Shown: positions 10,740 through 22,799, counted from the stretch's first letter. The stretch is 64,000 nt of DNA from an uncultured Nitrososphaeraceae archaeon (GCA_963759575.1 CAVWZU010000001.1:36020-100019); one strand, 5' to 3'. The notes: a model not told the origin generated them from the sequence alone. A program made the numbers and translations.

Positions 10740-11316
10740 CAATGTGACTTAGATTATAATCCCAAAAAATAAAACATGCCTAAAACAAAAATTATCATTT
10801 AACTAAAAACTAGAAAGTTAAAATCCTAAACATACCATCCAGACCCGTTTACCTTTCCTAATCAGTTTTATAATTTTTATTCATGTTTTCTTGATATATT
10901 GCTCTAAATGCGCCGAAATATTCCAATAAGGCTATTGAACTCCTTTACCTACACAATTCAAACCCTCTTGGGGACCAGTCCGTTAATGTTAAAACGTTTA
11001 TCATTACTTGCAAAACAATAAGGAACCACTAATCTAAGAGAGAATTAATTGCAAAAATTTAATCACATAGTTTTTGATTTAAATAAAGTCGTTGAATTGA
11101 GTTATATTTGTTTCACAGAGCGCTGAACCCGCATAGTATACCAAACTTGATCCCGCCTAACCATCTCACCAACATGGTCCCATGGCCTCATGATAAGAAT
11201 GTTTTATGAATTGTTCAATCGATATTCTATGAAATGATACTAATAAAATCGCAATTGATTGCAATTGATTACAACAAAAACGTGGACAATATTAGTCCAG
11301 ATTTTCAATCATTCAT

Positions 11317-11661
11317 ATGAATTTCCGAAACCTGAATTTTCTACAAAATACCAATCAAATGATGAAACTAACATCACTCTTTTCAATTCTTTTTATTTCC
11401 ATGTTTTGTACTGCAATCCTTTTAGCACAGGATAAAGGGGTCGTAAATATGAAATTAATACCAGGAGTAAAAGGACCAACACCTGAATCATCATCGACTA
11501 TGGTATCTGATGTAGAATCAAAAGATCTTACAATAAAGTCTCATGAATCTTTGGATGAATTTAAAATCACAAAGCAGTCAGGAACAGGCTCTTTTATATC
11601 AAACTACATCAATGCATGGAAACTAAGCAAAGCAAATTCGGTATTTGTAATGACTGTGTAA
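11317..11661 (+). CDS. Hypothetical secreted protein, possibly a fragment
   Basis: Internal MMKLTSLFSILFISMFCTAILLA-QD looks like a signal peptide. No family recognised. Confidence 0.35.
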   Translation: MNFRNLNFLQNTNQMMKLTSLFSILFISMFCTAILLAQDKGVVNMKLIPGVKGPTPESSSTMVSDVESKDLTIKSHESLDEFKITKQSGTGSFISNYINAWKLSKANSVFVMTV

Positions 11662-12337
11662 AAGGAGTAGTACATTTCTTTCAAGAGTAGTTATGCACAT
11701 CATGGTGACACAAACTAGAGAAGTACGGTCAACAAACTCATGTGGATATTCGAGTGATTTCAACCGAACCATCCACCCATTTTAGTATCGCTATTAATAT
11801 GCAAAAAGGATATCTTGAGTATTAAATTTCTAATCTATGACAAAGAAAATTAGGTCAGTTTGTGTTCTGATAATTTGACCTACTTGAAGCTGATGCATCC
11901 TTTATTCGAATTTAAACAACGGTAATTATCAGAGTAATACACTCCTGTCTCGTTCTATAGATTGTCCCTATGGGATTGAAGAGTAAGAGTACATATTTTC
12001 TTTATTTGATTGTAATAGGCTACCGCGAGTTTTCCTGACCCTGGATGCATATATTATTATTGAAATCTAATTTCTTGTTTTAATGTCCTGATAGTTACAC
12101 GCTATCATTCTGGGTTTTTTAAATATTCTGTTCATAATTCGATAGTACTTGGGTATTTTATCTCATCATGGGTCAAAAAATGGCAAAATAACACAAACGT
12201 TAAATACTCATTACTATAAATGAGTATTAGTAATGAGACCGATTAAAAAGACCTATTTTATTCATGAACAGAACAATGTAGGATTTGAACTTAAAAGAAA
12301 TTATCTGGAAAGATCAAAACAAGGTGGGTTTAATTAA

Positions 12338-13798
12338 ATGATCCACAGAATGAGATCCTCCATTAATACCTATGGATTATTATCCGCTTTTTCCATATCT
12401 CTTTTTGTTATGATGATGATACTTGCATTTGAATCTTCACAACATAACGCTCTTGCCCAAAATCAATCTTCATCTTTGTCTGGAATGAATTTTTCAAAGC
12501 CGGTAGATGTATACAGTAAAGATGGAGTCTTGAAAACTACATTAGTTGCCGAATACAAGATAGGCAAAGTTGATAACCAGACAATAACTGGAATGGTCTA
12601 TAATGGTTCGCTTCCTGGACCCACCTTCCATGTTTATCCTGGAGATAGAGTAGAAATTGATCTAGTAAACAATCTCAATGAATCTACAAATCTTCATTTT
12701 CATGGAGTTCATGTATCCCCTGGAAATAATTCGGACAACGTCCTTCTTGATGTTCCGCCGGGTATGACACAGCATTATGTTCTCGATATTCCGAAAGATC
12801 ACGAACCAGGTACGAATTGGTATCATTCACATTTGCATAAACTTTCTTATGGACAAGTTTCGGCAGGTCTGTCTGGGATTTTTATTGTTGAAGGGTTAGA
12901 AAAGTTATTACCAGAGAGCTTACAGAATATCACACAACATACCATTGCCATGAGAGATTTTCCATTTGACAATCTATTCGTTACTACAGGTGATCTGAGT
13001 AATACGATGACAATGCATGAACGCCTAACTGTTAACGGTGAAGTCAATCCTACCATAAATATTAAATCAGGTGAGACTCAGCTATGGCGTCTTGCAAATA
13101 TAGGTCCTGAGAATGAACTCATAGTCCAACTTCCTGGCAATACCTTCAACGTTATAGCAGAAGATGGAAGCCCAGTTTGGAAGGTGTGGAATAATGAATC
13201 TCTTTTCTTCCCTTCTGGAAAACGTTATGATGTATTGGTGTCTGCCAACGGTAGCGGGTCTATTCCATTAGGACCTGTTAATAGCACATTTACTGCACCA
13301 TATGATTCACACATTGCGACTGTAAATATACAAGGTAACCAGACAGATGTAATACCTGCAGATATCCTTCCAACAAGCTTAATTCCAGAGAGAGACCTCA
13401 ATCTTGCAAACGTCTCTAATCATAGAGTCCTCAATTTCTCATCAAATGATAGAGATTGGATATATATGATAAATAACACGATCTTTGATCATAACAGAGT
13501 AGATATAACTGCAAAGCTTGGAACTGTAGAGGAGTGGAAGTTAGTAAACCTTGATAAAAACTCGTCTGGCAATATTCATCCATTCCATGTTCATGTAAAT
13601 GATTTCCAGGTAATATCTATTAACGGAAAGCCTTATGATGCTAACGGATACCAGGATACAGTTATCATACCCACGGGGGGAGGTGAAGTAGTTATTAGAA
13701 TACCATTTGATGATTTTGTGGGAAAAACTGTCTATCACTGCCACTTGATGTTTCATGGAGACTTTGGCATGATGGGTATCCTTGAGATCGTTAAATAG
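12338..13798 (+). CDS. Secreted three-domain multicopper oxidase (laccase/CueO-like)
   Basis: All four Cu motifs present: HFHG, WYHSHLH, HPFHVH and HCHLMFHGDFGMM (axial Met). Signal peptide present. Confidence 0.95.
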   Translation: MIHRMRSSINTYGLLSAFSISLFVMMMILAFESSQHNALAQNQSSSLSGMNFSKPVDVYSKDGVLKTTLVAEYKIGKVDNQTITGMVYNGSLPGPTFHVYPGDRVEIDLVNNLNESTNLHFHGVHVSPGNNSDNVLLDVPPGMTQHYVLDIPKDHEPGTNWYHSHLHKLSYGQVSAGLSGIFIVEGLEKLLPESLQNITQHTIAMRDFPFDNLFVTTGDLSNTMTMHERLTVNGEVNPTINIKSGETQLWRLANIGPENELIVQLPGNTFNVIAEDGSPVWKVWNNESLFFPSGKRYDVLVSANGSGSIPLGPVNSTFTAPYDSHIATVNIQGNQTDVIPADILPTSLIPERDLNLANVSNHRVLNFSSNDRDWIYMINNTIFDHNRVDITAKLGTVEEWKLVNLDKNSSGNIHPFHVHVNDFQVISINGKPYDANGYQDTVIIPTGGGEVVIRIPFDDFVGKTVYHCHLMFHGDFGMMGILEIVK

Positions 13799-13801
13799 GC
13801 G

Positions 13802-14383
13802 ATGATGAGATTGGAGATTAGTAAAATGTTTAAGACAAATACATCCCAAAAAGGAAAAGCAGTTGCCTTGTTTGTTGCACTAACCTTTGTCGTAGCCGGA
13901 CTTACAGCGGTAACCTTTCTTTCAGAGCCATTTGCGTTTGCGCAAAGCCCTGGAATTGACCCAAATGATTGTTTTAGGTCAAACGTTACTATAGATACTT
14001 GTCCTACAAACCCAAATATCCAGAGTCAAAATGACACAACGGATTGTTTTAAGAAAGTTGAAGAAACCAAGGTAGGGTCTGCCGAAATTCAAAACTATAC
14101 AAAAACCGTTCAGAACTTTAACTCCTTGATACCTACTAACAACAAAATAACCGCAATAAATGAAAATATAGCAGGAGGTAGCGGCCCAGTAACTGATATG
14201 GAGGGCGTATGGGATTTAATGAAAAATCAAACGATGACTCGACAAGACAGACAAATGGTATTGGACGAAGTTAATATTCTCTTGGACGACGCCAAACCTG
14301 GGTTTACCAAAATACAAAACGATGAGTTGAGTATGTGTATAACTACTGAACTCAATTCTTTAGGTCCTACGCTTAACTATTAG
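13802..14383 (+). CDS. Secreted hypothetical protein directly downstream of the multicopper oxidase
   Basis: ORF opens 3 bp after the MCO stop (alternative ATG 13826). Signal peptide ends AFA-Q; four Cys. Confidence 0.7.
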   Translation: MMRLEISKMFKTNTSQKGKAVALFVALTFVVAGLTAVTFLSEPFAFAQSPGIDPNDCFRSNVTIDTCPTNPNIQSQNDTTDCFKKVEETKVGSAEIQNYTKTVQNFNSLIPTNNKITAINENIAGGSGPVTDMEGVWDLMKNQTMTRQDRQMVLDEVNILLDDAKPGFTKIQNDELSMCITTELNSLGPTLNY

Positions 14384-15002
14384 GTCCGCCATTTTTTTCT
14401 TTAGACAAGACCAGACAAGACAACACAATGGTCTGCAAGCTTATCACTTTTCATTTATTTTTTTTTGCAAACTTCATGATACTCAAAGAAAATGGTCACT
14501 GAACCTGAATTCTGAACCATTAATATTTTATTAGTTCCATGTCGTTTTTGCTGCATATCCCAGTCGATTCGAGCAAAGTATGTTTAATTGACAAGTAATA
14601 GGAAATAATCGTGGTTCTCTTACCTAAATGGATCCCACGGCTCGTTGTAGGATTAGGGTTGGTTGTTTGCAAAGATTATTTTTTTATTGTTTTGTCTCCT
14701 AGAGTATAAAGTATTATCTAATTAACGAAAAAAGAAAAGAAAACAAAAATAGCTGATTTGAAAAGCCACTCTAAACATTTTTAATCAATAGTGCGTATCT
14801 TATACTTTCCTTTAATCAACTCATATAGATATACAGATGATATCCACCGAATCAGCTACCCATTTTAGTACCTAGTTTGTCTTTAATAATATCTTAGAAT
14901 TAAAAATCAAAGGTTTTCCTAATAATCTGATTAGAAATAAATTCTTCTGATCACTGAATATGACATAGGGTTTATCTATAATATCGATATAGAATTGGAG
15001 AA

Positions 15003-15227
15003 ATGAAAACATGTGAGATTTGTGGCGGTACAGTATTCTCTGGAACTACTAATAATCTATGTTCATCTTGTACCAGTATTAGGGAATCTACAACGGCTTC
15101 AGAAGACTCTCTTGCAGATCATATTTGTGGTTGTATTAATACAGATAGAAAGAATTGCCCATTGTGCAAGAAACCATGTCATCATGATACGTCCTTAAAC
15201 CCTAAGATATTAATTTCACCAATGTAA
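15003..15227 (+). CDS. Small Cys-rich putative metal-binding protein
   Basis: 9 Cys in 74 aa (CEIC, CSSC, HICGC, CPLCKKPCHH). TATA-like tttatctata about 30 bp upstream. Confidence 0.75.
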   Translation: MKTCEICGGTVFSGTTNNLCSSCTSIRESTTASEDSLADHICGCINTDRKNCPLCKKPCHHDTSLNPKILISPM

Positions 15228-15317
15228 TTTGAAGCGGCAATAATTGATACACAATTTATCTTAATTTTTAAAAGAATATGTGAAACTTCAATTATCAGTA
15301 ATTGAAATTCCGGTTAA

Positions 15318-15902
15318 CTAAAAAGAATCAAATCCTCCCATATCCATTCCATAATCTGCATTCATATCACTATAACTATCAGTATCGCCAGTATCAGATG
15401 ATGCCCCGGCATCTTCAGCCCCAGATCCTCCTGATTCATTAGCTTGGGCTTCACTTTGAGCGCTTTCGGCTGGGTTCATTGACATTCCCATCAAAGACAT
15501 CATCGAACTAAACATTACCATATTCATTATTCCAGAAAATAGCATCATCGGCATCCACATCCTATAATCATTCATATAACTTTGCATTTGATCCCTATTG
15601 CCGGTTTCATAGAGTTGTTGAAGATGTTTAGATTTATTGACTAGTTCTTGCTTCTTTGAGACTAGGATTTTATCTCCTGTTTCCGTGACATAAAGTTCAA
15701 TTTTCTTATTGCCGAAAAAGCCTTTTTTTTCTACTATGGTGATAAGCTTTTGAGCATTCAAGTCATTAACTATTAATTCTATTTCATCTTTGGATAACTT
15801 TGTAACTTTTGATATGTTATCTATTTTTTTTATACCTCTTGATATCGCATCTAATATCATGAAATGATTTGGACTTTGACTAAAACCGTTGTTTGAGGAC
15901 AT
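15318..15902 (-). CDS. Winged-helix protein with Met-rich segment and acidic tail
   Basis: ILDAISRG...ISKVTKLSKDEIELIVNDL...LI...LYVTETG is wHTH-like, followed by MWMPMMLFSGIMNMVMFSSMMSLMGMSM. Confidence 0.7.
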   Translation of the reverse strand: MSSNNGFSQSPNHFMILDAISRGIKKIDNISKVTKLSKDEIELIVNDLNAQKLITIVEKKGFFGNKKIELYVTETGDKILVSKKQELVNKSKHLQQLYETGNRDQMQSYMNDYRMWMPMMLFSGIMNMVMFSSMMSLMGMSMNPAESAQSEAQANESGGSGAEDAGASSDTGDTDSYSDMNADYGMDMGGFDSF

Positions 15903-16317
15903 ATTACTTAGATGAATACAAAATTATTTAAATCTTAATTGATTTCCTAAGAGTTGGCAAAAAAACTGAAAAATTAAATCATATATTCAATGGGGATCTA
16001 GTAAAACTGTATTAGAACTTATTTTTAAGTTTACCATTACTATATCTTTGGAAATTAGGGAAGAATTAAAGTCGAGTGCAAAGATGGAACTCCAGAACTT
16101 ATACATTTGGTAGAAAACGACATCGATTTTTCATTTGGCTCAAATCCGTCAGAATTAGACGTATTGCTCTTCACAATGAGATTGTTTAATGGCATCATAC
16201 CCACATAGTCCATTCTCAATCTTGTTTTAAAACTATTTCAATAATTAAAGTTTAATCTCGTAAAAATTAGATTGCATAGTGTAAATTATTTAGAAATGGT
16301 CGTAGTCCTTTAGTGTT

Positions 16318-16817
<500 letters not shown>

Positions 16818-17215
16818 ATAAGTATGTAATTAACAAAGTTGATATACGTTAAACCGCACACATCACTTATTGAATGCGGTTCTGTTAAATTAACGTCAGA
16901 TTTTTGTTTTAACAGGAGCGTAAAAATCGTCAGATGGATAAAATGATTAAAGAACCTATCAAAATTTCTTAGAATTTGACAAATAGTGTTGAAGATGATG
17001 AGAAGGAGAATTAAGAAGGTACCACAAATAAGAACAGCCGTAATCAGTTTAATCACAAAGATCTGCGGCTACAGAACGCCGAATGGAACATATTGTCAAT
17101 TGATGTCGATCTGGATGACATGATGGAAATAAACTAACGAAAATGAAGGGAAGTATTTGGCTAGTTATTTCTATTTTGCCACTTGACTTAATTATTATGT
17201 CAGCAATGTAAAGTC

Positions 17216-17491
17216 ATGTCAAATAATAACAACAAACAATGTAAGCACCTAAACGTAGTAGATAGGGACATGAAGGGGAATACAAAAGGTTGTGAAGAAT
17301 GCGAACAGATCGGCTCAGATTGGGTTCATCTAAGACTGTGTCTTACTTGTGGACATGTTGGATGCTGTGATAATTCAAAGAATAAACATGCCACAAAGCA
17401 CTTTAAGAACACGTCACATCCAATTATAAAATCATACGAACCAGGTGAATCCTGGATATGGTGTTATGTGGATGAATTATTTATGGAATAG
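17216..17491 (+). CDS. Stand-alone UBP-type zinc finger protein
   Basis: CKH...GCEEC...WVHLRLCLTCGHVGCCDNSKNKHATKHF...HPIIKSYEPGESWIWCYVD. Confidence 0.92.
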   Translation: MSNNNNKQCKHLNVVDRDMKGNTKGCEECEQIGSDWVHLRLCLTCGHVGCCDNSKNKHATKHFKNTSHPIIKSYEPGESWIWCYVDELFME

Positions 17492-17815
17492 AAGTTAGAG
17501 CATATACGATTGACGAAGATGACATTAAACAATAGGTTGGTGATAAACAGCCTAATAAGCCAAACCTCAAAAGCTTGGTTCCTGCTCGACTCGGCTGTTT
17601 TACCCCTGTATCAATTATTCAAAATCAAACATATCATCAAGTGTTCCATTTTCTATGAATGATTTTTTATAATAATGAAAATCGCTACTATTGTTACTGT
17701 CACTATAAACCTCTTCTAAACTATCACTTGTGCATTTAGAACATAACTCATATTCTCTTTTCATTCTATATCATCCGTATTCGTGGCGATATTATCTCTG
17801 AAAAAAATAAAGTTG

Positions 17816-18421
17816 TTAGCCTTGTGCGGCAGCATTGTTACCTGAATTCTCTTGGTTTTGAAGGCTTATGTTGTTACCTGAACCTTCCGTATCTTCACCA
17901 GAAACTACTTGGCTGTTTTGACTAGAAGATTGTGATTGACCTATTCCTTGTAAAGCACTGTTTCCGTTGTCATCATCATCATCACCATTTCCTCCGCTTT
18001 GGGCCAATGCATTGTTACCTGAATTCTCTTGGTTTTGAAGGCTTATGTTGTTACAAGAGACATCCGTATCTTCGCCTGATATGCACTGAGAGTTCTGTCT
18101 TGATGATTGTGATTGACCTATTCCTTGTAAAGCACTGTTTCCACCATTATCGTTCTCATCTTCATCATCAATGGTCTTAGAACCAAAGTCGCCATCATAA
18201 TCTTCGTCATAGTGGGCTCTTAAATTCTTGTCACATGCTTCTTCATTGTCTTCGTAGTAATCTTCGTCATCCTTACACTGATCTATATCTACTCCATAAT
18301 GTGCTAATGCTGTCTGAAAATTAGATGTGGCTGGACCAAGGGTCATTAATCCTGCAAATACTGCTACAACTAATACTGCAATTGATTTTGTACTATTTGA
18401 CCTTAACATTTTAATCGTCAA
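17816..18421 (-). CDS. Secreted protein with acidic domain and two N/Q-rich QGIGQSQ repeats
   Basis: Signal peptide ends ALA-H, then a D/E/Y-rich segment, then 2 copies of NSALQGIGQSQSSxQNSQ...NNISLQNQENSGNNAxAQ. Confidence 0.85.
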   Translation of the reverse strand: MTIKMLRSNSTKSIAVLVVAVFAGLMTLGPATSNFQTALAHYGVDIDQCKDDEDYYEDNEEACDKNLRAHYDEDYDGDFGSKTIDDEDENDNGGNSALQGIGQSQSSRQNSQCISGEDTDVSCNNISLQNQENSGNNALAQSGGNGDDDDDNGNSALQGIGQSQSSSQNSQVVSGEDTEGSGNNISLQNQENSGNNAAAQG

Positions 18422-18658
18422 TTATTTAGTGAAAACATACGTTAAAATAATTTTTGAATATCCTTTGCAAATCTTGTTCTAGTGATTAAATTCAGAATAA
18501 TTTTCGTAAATGCTTTAGTAGTACACAAAAACAGTAGGTTAATAATATTCTATTTTTTAGAAATGTGTGGGATTAGTAAAAATTGTTTCGGGGGTGTCAG
18601 CAGCTACCAAATCTAGTTGACACTTTCTAGCAGTTGATACTCTAACAAGTAAAAAAAA

Positions 18659-19357
18659 TTATGGTAAGCCTGTGACTGTTGTGTTTGTGTCAACATTGAG
18701 GCCATCCAAATCCACAAAATCTTGAGGCTGTATGATTTCCGCAGACACTTCATAAACAGCAACGAACGGCTCATACTCACCAGGCATCGTGCTAAGGAAT
18801 AAGGAACTGCCAACAAAAGGAATTGAGGCGGAGAAATAGGGTGGAGAAATTCCATAGTCAGGAGTAATCCTGGATGGAGCACTTACGATACCAGGTACTC
18901 CCACATCTCCTTTGTCATTGTGCTGTACTGTAAACAATTCCCTAAGTTCGTCTGATTCAATTTGTGAGAAAGTAGAATTATCCAAAGATACTCTATGTCC
19001 AATTCCAATATCTACTGGCTCGGTTGCTGTAAATGTCAGAACCCCTTTAAATGATGCGCCATCATCTCGATGCGGCAATATGTTTAAAGTCTGTTGCTGT
19101 CTATCTTGTTGTGGAAAATTAAGATGAACCGGCTCTTTGGATGCCTCTATCCCCCTATAAAAGATAGTCTGACCAGGACTAGCAGCAGAAAGATTAGACA
19201 TTTTTTCAGTGAAGGCAGGCGATTTGGTATCGTTAACTTTCATGTCAATTGTTTGTGCCAAGGCTTGTAGTTGTATAAACCCGTAGTCACTACTATTTGT
19301 CGTTACCAGTAACGTCACAGCAATGATTGAAACACAAATTAGAAAGATTTTCATCAT
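18659..19357 (-). CDS. Secreted hypothetical protein
   Basis: Signal peptide and 232-aa ORF. A truncated paralogue lies at 48841-49073. Confidence 0.75.
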   Translation of the reverse strand: MMKIFLICVSIIAVTLLVTTNSSDYGFIQLQALAQTIDMKVNDTKSPAFTEKMSNLSAASPGQTIFYRGIEASKEPVHLNFPQQDRQQQTLNILPHRDDGASFKGVLTFTATEPVDIGIGHRVSLDNSTFSQIESDELRELFTVQHNDKGDVGVPGIVSAPSRITPDYGISPPYFSASIPFVGSSLFLSTMPGEYEPFVAVYEVSAEIIQPQDFVDLDGLNVDTNTTVTGLP

Positions 19358-19376
19358 TCCACGATTCTTTAAAGAG

Positions 19377-19392
19377 TATATAAGAATATCGA
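19377..19392 (-). promoter_or_regulatory. Probable BRE/TATA promoter, shared exactly with 49093-49108
   Basis: The 16-mer tcgatattcttatata (minus strand) lies at the same distance (20 bp) from the start codons of both paralogues. Confidence 0.7.
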
Positions 19393-19695
19393 TGGGATAT
19401 GTTTAAATCAAGTTTTGTATTATCACTTGTAAAGCATCTCGGTTAATTCTCGAACCGATTATAGATAAATGCCATATTTTGGTAAGCATGGGATACAAAC
19501 GAATCTATTCCCGTTATCTATGTATTTTTTCATTGTGAAATAGAAAACAAAAGCTAATAATTCGTGTCACAACCAGTCTACTAAAATACCTTGAATTGAT
19601 TTTTTTTAAAACTGTGTGTTCAATTAATACCATCGAATGATTATACACATACTCCTATTGACATAGTTATTTTAATTCATGATTTAGCACTTGTG

Positions 19696-20532
19696 TTAAT
19701 AATAATGAAATATAGTGAAACTTACAAATAGTCCTAGACAGGCCGATAAACCGATATGCCAATTCACTTTTCTATACGCATCGGGTATTAGTTCTTCTGT
19801 TACAAAAGACATCAGGGCTCCTGCAGCAAAACTAAATATGATGGATAAATAGTATTGATCTAATAGTAAAGTAAGAAAATACCCTATTGGTCCTCCTATT
19901 GAGACAAATAGGAATACCATGCTCCATTTATGGACAATTTTTCTTTTGGATTCATCTTCGGCTATTAACTCTCTTGTACCTACTATAGTAGCTGCAAAAT
20001 TGCCAATAAATAATGTCAATGCTGTAGGAAAAAGACCTGGAATTCCCAGGGCAATCATTACCCCTATCATGATGGTCTCTGGATGACTATCTGCTAACGT
20101 GCCAATAATTATTAGTCTACCTGATCCTTTCCTTTCCTTTTTTTCTTCTATTCCACTATTATTATCATGTTTGCTATTTTCGTTGCTGGACGAATTGCTT
20201 GAATTGCTAGGATTTTCAAAGTGATTAGTGTCTACCTGATTGGACTTCTTTTGTAATAAATAGCGTGTAATACTAAAGGTGGTAGCTCCGATACCAAATC
20301 CCAGTCCTAGAGTGTAGATATCTCCTAATTCTATTGCCTCTTCGATAATACTAAATGTTACTGTTCCAATAAAAATACCAGCAGAGAAAGAGGCAAGATC
20401 GGCACGTAACCTCAAAGGATGTGTATATTCTTTACTTATAATTGAAGCCACCAAAAATGGGGATGCAACAAATAATGATATTCCAATGGTGAATAGGATG
20501 GATTCCAGAGTTAAGTCGCTAAATTCAATCAT
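19696..20532 (-). CDS. ZIP (ZupT/GufA) family divalent metal transporter
   Basis: Multiple TMs; SFSAGIFIG, LADSHPETIMIG, SFAAGALMSFVTEELIPDAY. Confidence 0.85.
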   Translation of the reverse strand: MIEFSDLTLESILFTIGISLFVASPFLVASIISKEYTHPLRLRADLASFSAGIFIGTVTFSIIEEAIELGDIYTLGLGFGIGATTFSITRYLLQKKSNQVDTNHFENPSNSSNSSSNENSKHDNNSGIEEKKERKGSGRLIIIGTLADSHPETIMIGVMIALGIPGLFPTALTLFIGNFAATIVGTRELIAEDESKRKIVHKWSMVFLFVSIGGPIGYFLTLLLDQYYLSIIFSFAAGALMSFVTEELIPDAYRKVNWHIGLSACLGLFVSFTIFHYY

Positions 20533-20993
20533 TTTAGAATCCTTTAGTTGGCAGAATATGACGTATGGTTTTTCTCATATTTTTATCTAAATCCAAAAAT
20601 AGCATCATCTATTCTTATTTCCTTGTTAAATCTTGTTTCAAATATTAATTTTAATATTTGTTTTTTGCATTATTATTCCTTTTATCTAAAAAATCTTTTT
20701 GTTATTATTTCACTTAACTCCATTCCATTGACGGATTTATTGACATCAATCCTCCAGCTTAATTTTAAAAAGTTTGTTTCTAAAAAACTAACACGATCAC
20801 AGACCCAATTTGTAGTGTGACCGTAAATGAAAAAACTATCAAATACCCTATTTATAGTAACTATATGTGTAATGATCATAATTTCAATTATCAAAAATAA
20901 AGATATATCCATGAATTTTAGATATTTCAGCGAAGGTCGTCCATACAATAATTTGAGGTTAGCGAGGCGTTTTTCTTTACACGGGAAATTAAA

Positions 20994-21368
20994 TTAGTCA
21001 CGAGGAGGCAATTCCTGCAGTGTCCAGGAGTTGCCATCCGGGTCATCAAAATGAACTAATTTACCCCAAACTTGTTTTTCAACGTCAGTAACATTTACTC
21101 CACGCTTTTTAAGTTCATCATGAGCGGCCTGAGCATCCTGGACTACCATTTGTAAACCCTTTATACTACCAGGTTTCATATTGTCGGCAATACCGATCCC
21201 AAAACAGATTGAACAGGCAGAACCAGGAGGTGTCATTTGAATAAAACGAATCTTCTCGTTCACGGTATGGTCGTGGTCTAAATTAAAACCTAATTTATCT
21301 TTATAAAATTCACATGCAAGATCCACATCTGTTACTGGAATTGCGACTAATTCAAGTTTCATTTCCAT
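20994..21368 (-). CDS. VOC/glyoxalase family protein
   Basis: LELVAIPVTDVDLACEFY..KLGF..DHD...QMTPPGSACSI...FDDPDGNSWTLQE. GGAGG lies upstream of ATG 21368. Confidence 0.9.
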   Translation of the reverse strand: MEMKLELVAIPVTDVDLACEFYKDKLGFNLDHDHTVNEKIRFIQMTPPGSACSICFGIGIADNMKPGSIKGLQMVVQDAQAAHDELKKRGVNVTDVEKQVWGKLVHFDDPDGNSWTLQELPPRD

Positions 21369-21552
21369 CAATAATCCCTCCAATACTATATGCAAAAGAG
21401 GCAATACTCAATAAATACTGGTAGGTCAGAAGAGTTCCATGAACTAATAATCATGTATATCTGTGATATACCCCTGAATAAAAAGATGCGGTAGTTCGTA
21501 AGGTGTATTAGATAGAGTATTAAAACTTTCCCTGTCTACTTAATCTCATCAA

Positions 21553-22227
21553 CTAAGAAACTTTAGTTAGTTTTGTGTTATAAGCCATATTCCAGAAATC
21601 CAGTTCATTCCTGCAAGCCATTTTGAAATATCTTTTCATAACAGACTTTTCATTTTGGGTCAAATCTTTTGATATATCGTTTAACATATGAGTGAAATGA
21701 TCGACTTGTTGTTTGGATTCATCTGAACAATAGAATTCAATCCATCTTTTTGTGACAATATCCTTTATTTTATTTTCTTTACTGATTTTGTCGGCTATTT
21801 CATAATATGTCCAAGGACAAGGAGCAATGAATGAAATTAATTCGTATAGCTTAATCGGCTCAGTTGACAACTTCCTTGTATCATAAATGTAATCAAGTGT
21901 TGTCTCATTAGGCAAAGATGCTACTGTTGTATCATAATCTGTGTATCTTAATAATTTTAATAGTTCATCTTGCATTTTCATCTCTATTTTGGTAATATCT
22001 TGTATTAGGTCCTTGAACCACTTTTTTATATTCTTGTCTAGAGTCATTCTCATACCTTTATCTAATAAAATACAAAATTCTTTTAAGAAAATCCTGTCTT
22101 GAAGTAAATAAGCAATAAACTTTTCTTTTGGTAAAGCATCGTTTGAGATTTCCTGAATAAATACATGATCAAGTATATTATTCCATATGGCTACCGAGTC
22201 GTTCTTTAGTTCATCTGCAAAAGACAT
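21553..22227 (-). CDS. tenA: TenA/THI-4 family (thiaminase II-like) protein
   Basis: HVFIQEI...F..YLLQDRIFL, APCPWTYYEI (catalytic Cys), WIEFY, ELDFWNMAY. Confidence 0.85.
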   Translation of the reverse strand: MSFADELKNDSVAIWNNILDHVFIQEISNDALPKEKFIAYLLQDRIFLKEFCILLDKGMRMTLDKNIKKWFKDLIQDITKIEMKMQDELLKLLRYTDYDTTVASLPNETTLDYIYDTRKLSTEPIKLYELISFIAPCPWTYYEIADKISKENKIKDIVTKRWIEFYCSDESKQQVDHFTHMLNDISKDLTQNEKSVMKRYFKMACRNELDFWNMAYNTKLTKVS

Positions 22228-22799
22228 TCTTGTCTGTATTGTCGGGATCTCATCGTTTTAATTCTTTTCTTTCCCACCATATATTTAACAAATGATTTAG
22301 GTAACGCTGATTAGATTCATGCAGATTATGCTTTCTTAGTAAGCAGTTTTCAAAATGAGACCTCAGAACATGAATTAAAAGATTCCACCTCATCAGGTTA
22401 GTAAGGTAAAGGTGATGGAGCTGGATAAGAAGAATACTGTATATCGAAAATGAATGTGAAACGAACGTAAAAGAATTTAGAAGGAAGACTAGAGGTTGGA
22501 TGAATTCAGGTCGAATTTGTTCCACAGTCACACCGAATTCGCATCAGACCTGTAACTAATCCGTAAACAATCTACTGGTGATGGCAGCAGCCATAGAATG
22601 TCTAAACGAACACGTCTCAAAGTGAACAAATTTTTTAGCAAGTATTCCAGTTAAAACTCAAATCAAAACCATGTCACGGGCCGTTGAAAAGTATGATTTT
22701 CACTCTGACTTTAATACAATTCCTGTGATTTTTCAGACGCGATCCTGCTAGCAAGGATTAATTGACCGATCTGATTGAATCCATAAAAGGTATTACAAA

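Noticed and set aside
9939-10742. Minus-strand repeat ORFs
   Set aside because: They are antisense to the NHL repeats.
22250-22531. ORF upstream of tenA and a possible TPP riboswitch
   Set aside because: No protein motif, and I could not find the TPP aptamer core in the right orientation.
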